Below, in pieces: positions 1 to 11,800 of a stretch of DNA of 64,000 nt. The DNA lies in contig OZ024743.1 in the NCBI GenBank assembly GCA_964016885.1, positions 325,128,001 to 325,192,000 of the forward strand. The letters run 5' to 3'. The notes below the pieces were generated by a model, which saw only the letters and a list, made by a program, of their open reading frames with translations, did not search any database and was not told the DNA's origin. The translations under genes and the position numbers were made by a program. The stretch is from Eledone cirrhosa. Lineage: Eukaryota. Each line of letters opens with the position of its first letter. The stretch's first letter is position 1.

Positions 1-8
1 ATACAGTG

Positions 9-42
9 TGTTGTAGCTACAGACCTCTGTAGAGAGACAACA
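9..42. other. Inverted-repeat/fold-back core present in every monomer (first copy shown)
   Basis: TGTTGT(9-14)-AG-CTACAGA(17-23)-CC-TCTGTAG(26-32)-AGAG-ACAACA(37-42). TGTTGT/ACAACA and CTACAGA/TCTGTAG are reverse complements. A perfect 10-bp palindrome, TGTAGCTACA, overlaps at 12-21. Confidence 0.9.
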
Positions 43-408
43 ATATACAGTGTGTTGTAGCTACAGACCTCTGTAGAGAGGCAATAATATACAGTGTGTT
101 GTAGCTACAGACCTCTGTAGAGAGACAACAACAATATACAGTGTGTTGTAGCTACAGACCTCTTTAGAGAGACAACAATATACAGTGTGTTGTAGCTACA
201 GACCTCTGTAGAGAGACAATAATATACAGTGTGTTGTAGCTACAGACCTCTGTAGAGAGACAACAATATACAGTGTGTTGTAGCTACAGACCTCTGTAGA
301 GAGACAACAACAATATACAGTGTGTTGTAGCTACAGACATCTGTAGAGAGACAACAACAATATACACTGTGTTGTAGCTACAGACCTCTGTAGAGAGACA
401 ACAACAAT

Positions 409-455
409 ATACAGTGTGTTGTAGCTACAGACCTCTGTAGAGAGACAACAACAAT
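409..455 (+). repeat. Representative perfect 47-bp consensus monomer
   Basis: Read directly: atacagtgtgttgtagctacagacctctgtagagagacaacaacaat. It has 19/47 G+C, one AluI site (AGCT) and two SfcI sites (CTACAG, CTGTAG). Confidence 0.97.
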
Positions 456-3400
456 ATACAGTGTGTTGTAGCTACAGACCTCTGTAGAGAGACAACAACA
501 ATATACAGTGTGTTGTAGCTACAGATCCCTGTAGAGAGACGACAACAATATACAGTGTGTTGTAGCTACAGACCTCTGTAGAGAGACAACAACAATATAC
601 AGTGTGTTGTAGCTACAGACCTCTGTAGAGAGACAACAACAATATACAGTGTGTTGTAGCTACAGACCTCTGTAGAGAGACAACAACAATATACAGTGTG
701 TTGTAGCTACAGACCTCTGTAGAGAGACAGCAATATACAGTGTGTTGTAGCTACAGACCTCTGTAGAGAGACAACAATATACAGTGTGTTGTAGCTACAG
801 ACCTGTGTAGAGAGACAACAACAATATACAGTGTGTTGTAGCTACAGACCTGTGTAGAGAGACAACTACAATATACAGTGTGTTGTAGCTACAGACCTCT
901 GTAGAGAGACAACAACAATATACAGTGAGTTTTAGCTACAGACCTCTGTAGAGAGACAACAACAATATACAGTGTGTTGTAGCTACAGACCTCTGCATTG
1001 AGACAACAATATACAGTGTGTTGTAGCTACAGACCTCTGTAGAGAGACAACAACAATATACAGTGTGTTGTAGCTACAGACCTCTGTAGAGAGACAATAA
1101 TATACAGTGTGTTGTAGCTACAGACCTCTGTAGAGAGACAACAACAATATACAGTGTGTTGTAGCTACAGACCTCTGTAGAGAGACAACAACAATATACA
1201 GTGTGTTGTAGCTACAGACCTGTGTAGAGAGACAACAACAATATACAGTGTGTTGTAGCTACAGACTTCTGTAGAGAGACAACAACAACAATATACAGTG
1301 TGTTGTAGCTACAGACATCTGTAGAGAGACAACAACAATATACAGTGTGTTGTAGCTACATACCTGTGTAGAGAGACAACAGCAATATACAGTGTGTTGT
1401 AGCTACAGATCTCTGTAGAGAGACAACAACAATATACAGTGGGTTGTAGCTACAGACCTCTGTAGAGACAACAACAATATACAGTGTGTTGTAGCTACAG
1501 ACCTCTGTAGAGAGACAACAATACACAGTGTGTTGTAGCTACAGACCTCTGTAGAGAGACAACAACAATATACAGTGTGTTGTAGCTACAGACCTCTGTA
1601 GAGAGACAACAACAATATACAGTGTGTTGTAGCTACAGACCTCTGTAGAGAGACAACAACAATATACAGTGTGTTGTAGCTACAGACCTGTGTAGAGAGA
1701 CAACAACAATATACAGTGTGTTGTAGCTACAGACATCTGTAGAGAGACAACAACAATATACAGTGTGTTGTAGCTACAGACCTGTGTAGAGAGACAACAA
1801 CAATATACAGTGTGTTGTAGCTACAGATCTCTGTAGAGAGACAACAACAATATACAGTGGGTTGTAGCTACAGACCTCTGTAGAGACAACAACAATATAC
1901 AGTGTGTTGTAGCTACACACCTCTGTAGAGAGACAACAATATACAGTGTGTTGTAGCTACAGACCTCTGTAGAGAGGCAATAATATACAGTGTGTTGTAG
2001 CTACAGACCTCTGTAGAGAGACAACAACAATATACAGTGTGTTGTAGCTACAGACCTCTGTAGAGAGACAATAATATACAGTGTGTTGTAGCTACAGACC
2101 TCTGTAGAGAGACAACAACAATATACAGTGTGTTGTAGCTACAGACCTGTGTAGAGAGACAACAACAATATACAGTGTGTTGTAGCTACAGACCTGTGTA
2201 GAGAGACAACAACAATATACAGTGTGTTGTAGCTACAGACCTCTGTAGAGAGACAATAATATACAGTGTGTTGTAGCTACAGACCTCTGTAGGGAGACAA
2301 CAACAATATACAGTGTGTTGTAGCTACAGACCTCTGTAGAGAGACAACAACAATATACAGTGTGTTGTAGCTACAGACCTCTGTAGAGAGACAACAACAA
2401 TATACAGTGTGTTGTAGCTACAGACCTCTGTAGAGAGACAACAACAATATACAGTGTGTTGTAGCTACAGATCTCTGTAGAGAGACAACAACAATATACA
2501 GTGGGTTGTAGCTACAGACTTCTGTAGAGAGACAACAACAATATACAGTGTGTTGTAGCTACAGACCTCTGTAGAGAGACAACAACAATATACAGTGTGT
2601 TGTAGCTACAGACCTCTGTAGAGAGACAGCAATATACAGTGTGTTGTAGCTACAGACCTCTGTAGAGAGACAACAATATACAGTGTGTTGTAGCTACAGA
2701 CCTCTGTAGAGAGACAACAACAATATACAGTGTGTTGTAGCTACAGATCTCTGTAGAGAGACAACAACAATATACAGTGTGTTGTAGCTACCGACCTCTG
2801 TAGAGAGACAACAACAATATACAGTGTGTTGTAGCTACAGACCTCTGTAGAGAGACAACAACAATATACAGTGTGTTGTAGCTACAGACCTCTGTAGAGA
2901 GACAACAACAATATACAGTGTGTTGTAGCTACAGACCTGTGTAGAGAGACAACAACAATATACAGTGTGTTGTAGCTACAGACATCTGTAGAGAGACAAC
3001 AACAATATACAGTGTGTTGTAGCTACAGACCTGTGTAGAGAGACAACAACAATATACAGTGTGTTGTAGCTACAGATCTCTGTAGAGAGACAACAACAAT
3101 ATACAGTGGGTTGTAGCTACAGACCTCTGTAGAGACAACAACAATATACAGTGTGTTGTAGCTACAGACCTCTGTAGAGAGACAACAATATACAGTGTGT
3201 TGTAGCTACAGACCTCTGTAGAGAGGCAATAATATACAGTGTGTTGTAGCTACAGACCTCTGTAGAGAGACAACAACAATATACAGTGTGTTGTAGCTAC
3301 AGACCTCTTTAGAGAGACAACAATATACAGTGTGTTGTAGCTACAGACCTCTGTAGAGAGACAATAATATACAGTGTGTTGTAGCTACAGACCTCTGTAG

Positions 3401-5849
3401 AGAGACAACAATATACAGTGTGTTGTAGCTACAGACCTCTGTAGAGAGACAACAACAATATACAGTGTGTTGTAGCTAGAGACATCTGTAGAGAGACAAC
3501 AACAATATACACTGTGTTGTAGCTACAGACCTCTGTAGAGAGACAACAACAATATACAGTGTGTTGTAGCTACAGACCTCTGTAGAGAGACAACAACAAT
3601 ATACAGTGTGTTGTAGCTACAGACCTCTGTAGAGAGACAACAACAATATACAGTGTGTTGTAGCTACAGATCCCTGTAGAGAGACGACAACAATATACAG
3701 TCTGTTGTAGCTACAGACCTCTGTAGAGAGACAACAACAATATACAGTGTGTTGTAGCTACAGACCTCTGTAGAGAGACAACAACAATATACAGTGTGTT
3801 GTAGCTACAGACCTCTGTAGAGAGACAACAACAATATACAGTGTGTTGTAGCTACAGAACTCTGTAGAGAGACAGCAATATACAGTGTGTTGTAGCTACA
3901 GACCTCTGTAGAGAGACAACAATATACAGTGTGTTGTAGCTACAGACCTGTGTAGAGAGACAACAACAATATACAGTGTGTTGTAGCTACAGACCTCTGT
4001 AGAGAGACAACAATATACAGTGTGTTGTAGCTACAGACCTGTGTAGAGAGACAACAACAATATACAGTGTGTTGTAGCTACAGACCTCTGTAGAGAGACA
4101 ACAACAATATACAGTGTGTTGTAGCTACAGACCTCTGCATTGAGACAACAATATACAGTGTGTTGTAGCTACAGACCTCTGTAGAGAGACAACAACAATA
4201 TACAGTGTGTTGTAGCTACAGACCTCTGTAGAGAGACAATAATATACAGTGTGTTGTAGCTACAGACCTCTGTAGAGAGACAACAACAATATACAGTGTG
4301 TTGTAGCTACAGACCTCTGTAGAGAGACAACAACAATATACAGTGTGTTGTAGCTACAGACCTGTGTAGAGAGACAACAACAATATACAGTGTGTTGTAG
4401 CTACAGACTTCTGTAGAGAGACAACAACAATATACAGTGTGTTGTAGCTACAGACATCTGTAGAGAGACAACAACAATATACAGTGTGTTGTAGCTACAT
4501 ACCTGTGTAGAGAGACAACAGCAATATACAGTGTGTTGTAGCTACAGATCTCTGTAGAGAGACAACAACAATATACAGTGGGTTGTAGCTACAGACCTCT
4601 GTAGAGACAACAACAATATACAGTGTGTTGTAGCTACAGACCTCTGTAGAGAGACAACAATACACAGTGTGTTGTAGCAACAGACCTCTGTAGAGAGACA
4701 ACAACAATATACAGTGTGTTGTAGCTACAGACCTCTGTAGAGAGACAACAACAATATACAGTGTGTTGTAGCTACAGACCTCTGTAGAGAGACAACAACA
4801 ATATACAGTGTGTTATAGCTACAGACCTGTGTAGAGAGACAACAACAATATACAGTGTGTTGTAGCTACAGACATCTGTAGAGAGACAACAACAATATAC
4901 AGTGTGTTGTAGCTACAGACCTGTGTAGAGAGACAACAACAATATACAGTGTGTTGTAGCTACAGATCTCTGTAGAGAGACAACAACAATATACAGTGGG
5001 TTGTAGCTACAGACCTCTGTAGAGACAACAACAATATACAGTGTGTTGTAGCTACAGACCTCTGTAGAGAGACAACAATATACAGTGTGTTGTAGCTACA
5101 GACCTCTGTAGAGAGGCAATAATATACAGTGTGTTGTAGCTACAGACCTCTGTAGAGAGACAACAACAATATACAGTGTGTTGTAGCTACAGACCTCTGT
5201 AGAGAGACAATAATATACAGTGTGTTGTAGCTACAGACCTCTGTAGAGAGACAACAACAATATACAGTGTGTTGTAGCTACAGACCTCTGTAGAGAGACA
5301 ATAATATACAGTGTGTTGTAGCTACAGACCTCTGTAGAGAGACAACAACAATATACAGTGTGTTGTAGCTACAGACCTCTGTAGAGAGACAACAACAATA
5401 TACAGTGTGTTGTAGCTACAGACCTCTGTAGAGAGACAACAACAATATACAGTGTGTTGTAGCTACAGACCTCTGTAGAGAGACAGCAATATACAGTGTG
5501 TTGTAGCTACAGACCTCTGTAGAGAGACAACAATATACAGTGTGTTGTAGCTACAGACCTGTGTAGAGAGACAACAACAATATACAGTGTGTTGTAGCTA
5601 CAGACCTCTGTAGAGAGACAACAATATACAGTGTGTTGTAGCTACAGACCTGTGTAGAGAGACAACAACAATATACAGTGTGTTGTAGCTACAGACCTCT
5701 GTAGAGAGACAACAACAATATACAGTGAGTTTTAGCTACAGACCTCTGTAGAGAGACAACAACAATATACAGTGTGTTGTAGCTACAGACCGCTGTAGAG
5801 AGACAACAACAATATACAGTGTGTTGTAGCTACAGACCTCTGCATTGAG

Positions 5850-8800
5850 ACAACAATATACAGTGTGTTGTAGCTACAGACCTCTGTAGAGAGACAACAA
5901 CAATATACAGTGTGTTGTAGCTACAGACCTCTGTAGAGAGACAATAATATACAGTGTGTTGTAGCTACAGACCTCTGTAGAGAGACAACAACAATATACA
6001 GTGTGTTGTAGCTACAGACCTCTGTAGAGAGACAACAACAATATACAGTGTGTTGTAGCTACAGACCTGTGTAGAGAGACAACAACAATATACAGTGTGT
6101 TGTAGCTACAGACTTCTGTAGAGAGACAACAACAATATACAGTGTGTTGTAGCTACAGACATCTGTAGAGAGACAACAACAATATACAGTGTGTTGTAGC
6201 TACATACCTGTGTAGAGAGACAACAGCAATATACAGTGTGTTGTAGCTACAGATCTCTGTAGAGACAACAACAATATACAGTGTGTTGTAGCTACAGACC
6301 TCTGTAGAGAGACAACAATACACAGTGTGTTGTAGCTACAGACCTCTGTAGAGAGACAACAACAATATACAGTGTGTTGTAGCTACAGACCTCTGTAGAG
6401 AGACAACAACAATATACAGTGTGTTGTAGCTACAGACCTCTGTAGAGAGACAACAACAATATACAGTGTGTTGTAGCTACAGACCTGTGTAGAGAGACAA
6501 CAACAATATACAGTGTGTTGTAGCTACAGACATCTGTAGAGAGACAACAACAATATACAGTGTGTTGTAGCTACAGACCTGTGTAGAGAGACAACAACAA
6601 TATACAGTGTGTTGTAGCTACAGATCTCTGTAGAGAGACAACAACAATATACAGTGGGTTGTAGCTACAGACCTCTGTAGAGACAACAACAATATACAGT
6701 GTGTTGTAGCTACAGACCTCTGTAGAGAGACAACAATATACAGTGTGTTGTAGCTACAGACCTCTGTAGAGAGGCAATAATATACAGTGTGTTGTAGCTA
6801 CAGACCTCTGTAGAGAGACAACAACAATATACAGTGTGTTGTAGCTACAGACCTCTGTAGAGAGACAATAATATACAGTGTGTTGTAGCTACAGACCTCT
6901 GTAGAGAGACAACAACAATATACAGTGAGTTTTAGCTACAGACCTCTGTAGAGAGACAACAACAATATACAGTGTGTTGTAGCTACAGACCGCTGTAGAG
7001 AGACAACAACAATATACAGTGTGTTGTAGCTACAGACCTCTGCATTGAGACAACAATATACAGTGTGTTGTAGCTACAGACCTCTGTAGAGAGACAACAA
7101 CAATATACAGTGTGTTGTAGCTACAGACCTCTGTAGAGAGACAATAATATACAGTGTGTTGTAGCTACAGACCTCTGTAGAGAGACAACAACAATATACA
7201 GTGTGTTGTAGCTACAGACCTCTGTAGAGAGACAACAACAATATACAGTGTGTTGTAGCTACAGACATCTGTAGAGAGACAACAACAATATACAGTGTGT
7301 TGTAGCTACATACCTGTGTAGAGAGACAACAGCAATATACAGTGTGTTGTAGCTACAGATCTCTGTAGAGAGACAACAACAATATACAGTGGGTTGTAGC
7401 TACAGACCTCTGTAGAGACAACAACAATATACAGTGTGTTGTAGCTACAGACCTCTGTAGAGAGACAACAATACACAGTGTGTTGTAGCTACAGACCTCT
7501 GTAGAGAGACAACAACAATATACAGTGTGTTATAGCTACAGACCTGTGTAGAGAGACAACAACAATATACAGTGTGTTGTAGCTACAGACATCTGTAGAG
7601 AGACAACAACAATATACAGTGTGTTGTAGCTACAGACCTGTGTAGAGAGACAACAACAATATACAGTGAGTTTTAGCTACAGACCTCTGTAGAGAGACAA
7701 CAACAATATACAGTGTGTTGTAGCTACAGACCGCTGTAGAGAGACAACAACAATATACAGTGTGTTGTAGCTACAGACCTCTGCATTGAGACAACAATAT
7801 ACAGTGTGTTGTAGCTACAGACCTCTGTAGAGAGACAACAACAATATACAGTGTGTTGTAGCTACAGACCTCTGTAGAGAGACAATAATATACAGTGTGT
7901 TGTAGCTACAGACCTCTGTAGAGAGACAACAACAATATACAGTGTGTTGTAGCTACAGACCTCTGTAGAGAGACAACAACAATATACAGTGTGTTGTAGC
8001 TACAGACCTGTGTAGAGAGACAACAACAATATACAGTGTGTTGTAGCTACAGACTTCTGTAGAGAGACAACAACAATATACAGTGTGTTGTAGCTACAGA
8101 CATCTGTAGAGAGACAACAACAATATACAGTGTGTTGTAGCTACATACCTGTGTAGAGAGACAACAGCAATATACAGTGTGTTGTAGCTACAGATCTCTG
8201 TAGAGACAACAACAATATACAGTGTGTTGTAGCTACAGACCTCTGTAGAGAGACAACAATACACAGTGTGTTGTAGCTACAGACCTCTGTAGAGAGACAA
8301 CAACAATATACAGTGTGTTGTAGCTACAGACCTCTGTAGAGAGACAACAACAATATACAGTGTGTTGTAGCTACAGACCTCTGTAGAGAGACAACAACAA
8401 TATACAGTGTGTTGTAGCTACAGACCTGTGTAGAGAGACAACAATATACAGTGTGTTGTAGCTACAGACATCTGTAGAGAGACAACAACAATATACAGTG
8501 TGTTGTAGCTACAGACCTGTGTAGAGAGACAACAACAATATACAGTGTGTTGTAGCTACAGATCTCTGTAGAGAGACAACAACAATATACAGTGGGTTGT
8601 AGCTACAGACCTCTGTAGAGACAACAACAATATACAGTGTGTTGTAGCTACAGACCTCTGTAGAGAGACAACAATATACAGTGTGTTGTAGCTACAGACC
8701 TCTGTAGAGAGGCAATAATATACAGTGTGTTGTAGCTACAGACCTCTGTAGAGAGACAACAACAATATACAGTGTGTTGTAGCTACAGACCTCTGTAGAG

Positions 8801-11800
8801 AGACAATAATATACAGTGTGTTGTAGCTACAGACCTCTGTAGAGAGACAACAACAATATACAGTGAGTTTTAGCTACAGACCTCTGTAGAGAGACAACAA
8901 CAATATACAGTGTGTTGTAGCTACAGACCGCTGTAGAGAGACAACAACAATATACAGTGTGTTGTAGCTACAGACCTCTGCATTGAGACAACAACATACA
9001 GTGTGTTGTAGCTACAGACCTCTGTAGAGAGACAACAACAATATACAGTGTGTTGTAGCTACAGACCTCTGTAGAGAGACAATAATATACAGTGTGTTGT
9101 AGCTACAGACCTCTGTAGAGAGACAACAACAATATACAGTGTGTTGTAGCTACATACCTGTGTAGAGAGACAACAGCAATATACAGTGTGTTGTAGCTAC
9201 AGATCTCTGTAGAGAGACAACAACAATATACAGTGGGTTGTAGCTACAGACCTCTGTAGAGACAACAACAATATACAGTGTGTTGTAGCTACAGACCTCT
9301 GTAGAGAGACAACAATACACAGTGTGTTGTAGCTACAGACCTCTGTAGAGAGACAACAACAATATACAGTGTGTTGTAGCTACAGACCTCTGTAGAGAGA
9401 CAACAACAATATACAGTGTGTTGTAGCTACAGACCTCTGTAGAGAGACAACAACAATATACAGTGTGTTATAGCTACAGACCTGTGTAGAGAGACAACAA
9501 CAATATACAGTGTGTTGTAGCTACAGACATCTGTAGAGAGACAACAACAATATACAGTGTGTTGTAGCTACAGACCTGTGTAGAGAGACAACAACAATAT
9601 ACAGTGTGTTGTAGCTACAGATCTCTGTAGAGAGACAACAACAATATACAGTGGGTTGTAGCTACAGACCTCTGTAGAGACAACAACAATATACAGTGTG
9701 TTGTAGCTACAGACCTCTGTAGAGAGACAACAATATACAGTGTGTTGTAGCTACAGACCTCTGTAGAGAGGCAATAATATACAGTGTGTTGTAGCTACAG
9801 ACCTCTGTAGAGAGACAACAACAATATACAGTGTGTTGTAGCTACAGACCTCTGTAGAGAGACAATAATATACAGTGTGTTGTAGCTACAGACCTCTGTA
9901 GAGAGACAACAACAATATACAGTGTGTTGTAGCTACAGACCTCTGTAGAGAGACAATAATATACAGTGTGTTGTAGCTACAGACCTCTGTAGAGAGACAA
10001 CAACAATATACAGTGTGTTGTAGCTACAGACCTCTGTAGAGAGACAACAACAATATACATTGTGTTGTAGCTACAGACCTCTGTAGAGAGACAACAACAA
10101 TATACAGTGTGTTGTAGCTACAGACCTCTGTAGAGAGACAGCAATATACAGTGTGTTGTAGCTACAGACCTCTGTAGAGAGACAACAATATACAGTGTGT
10201 TGTAGCTACAGACCTGTGTAGAGAGACAACAACAATATACAGTGTGTTGTAGCTACAGACCTCTGTAGAGAGACAACAATATACAGTGTGTTGTAGCTAC
10301 AGACCTGTGTAGAGAGACAACAACAATATACAGTGTGTTGTAGCTACAGACCTCTGTAGAGAGACAACAACAATATACAGTGAGTTTTAGCTACAGACCT
10401 CTGTAGAGAGACAACAACAATATACAGTGTGTTGTAGCTACAGACCGCTGTAGAGAGACAACAACAATATACAGTGTGTTGTAGCTACAGACCTCTGCAT
10501 TGAGACAACAATATACAGTGTGTTGTAGCTACAGACCTCTGTAGAGAGACAACAACAATATACAGTGTGTTGTAGCTACAGACCTCTGTAGAGAGACAAT
10601 AATATACAGTGTGTTGTAGCTACAGACCTCTGTAGAGAGACAATAATATACAGTGTGTTGTAGCTACAGATCTCTGTAGAGACAACAACAATATACAGTG
10701 TGTTGTAGCTACAGACCTCTGTAGAGAGGCAATAATATACAGTGTGTTGTAGCTACAGACCTCTGTAGAGAGACAACAACAATATACAGTGTGTTGTAGC
10801 TACAGACCTCTGTAGAGAGACAATAATATACAGTGTGTTGTAGCTACAGACCTCTGTAGAGAGACAACAACAATATACAGTGAGTTTTAGCTACAGACCT
10901 CTGTAGAGAGACAACAACAATATACAGTGTGTTGTAGCTACAGACCGCTGTAGAGAGACAACAACAATATACAGTGTGTTGTAGCTACAGACCTCTGCAT
11001 TGAGACAACAACATACAGTGTGTTGTAGCTACAGACCTCTGTAGAGAGACAACAACAATATACAGTGTGTTGTAGCTACAGACCTCTGTAGAGAGACAAT
11101 AATATACAGTGTGTTGTAGCTACAGACCTCTGTAGAGAGACAACAACAATATACAGTGTGTTGTAGCTACAGACCTCAGTAGAGAGACAACAACAATATA
11201 CAGTGTGTTGTAGCTACAGACATCTGTAGAGAGACAACAACAATATACAGTGTGTTGTAGCTACATACCTGTGTAGAGAGACAACAGCAATATACAGTGT
11301 GTTGTAGCTACAGATCTCTGTAGAGAGACAACAACAATATACAGTGGGTTGTAGCTACAGACCTCTGTAGAGACAACAACAATATACAGTGTGTTGTAGC
11401 TACAGACCTCTGTAGAGAGACAACAATACACAGTGTGTTGTAGCTACAGACCTCTGTAGAGAGACAACAACAATATACAGTGTGTTGTAGCTACAGACCT
11501 CTGTAGAGAGACAACAACAATATACAGTGTGTTGTAGCTACAGACCTCTGTAGAGAGACAACAACAATATACAGTGTGTTATAGCTACAGACCTGTGTAG
11601 AGAGACAACAACAATATACAGTGTGTTGTAGCTACAGACATCTGTAGAGAGACAACAACAATATACAGTGTGTTGTAGCTACAGACCTGTGTAGAGAGAC
11701 AACAACAATATACAGTGTGTTGTAGCTACAGATCTCTGTAGAGAGACAACAACAATATACAGTGGGTTGTAGCTACAGACCTCTGTAGAGACAACAACAA

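Larger units (their letters stand above)
1..5200 (+). repeat. ~3.14-kb higher-order repeat (about 68 monomers), ~1.6 copies
   Basis: Markers recur at offset 3,145: GGCAATAAT 80/3225, TCTTTAG 161/3306, TATACACTG 361/3506, ACAGATCCCTG..GACGAC 521/3666. The later pair GGCAATAAT 1976/5115 has offset 3,139. Confidence 0.85.

Noticed and set aside
17-47. Rho-independent terminator or polyadenylation signal
   Set aside because: The stem is not GC-rich and lacks a U-tract. The AATAAT variants are not AATAAA, and no gene is nearby.
4495-4707. 70-aa ORF on the minus strand (MLLSLYRG...)
   Set aside because: It is a translation of the satellite itself. It starts at TTG, has a repetitive peptide, and is open only because 44/45-bp variants shift the frame around the TAG codons and a point variant at ~4679 (TAGCAAC) removes one. 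There is no coding context.
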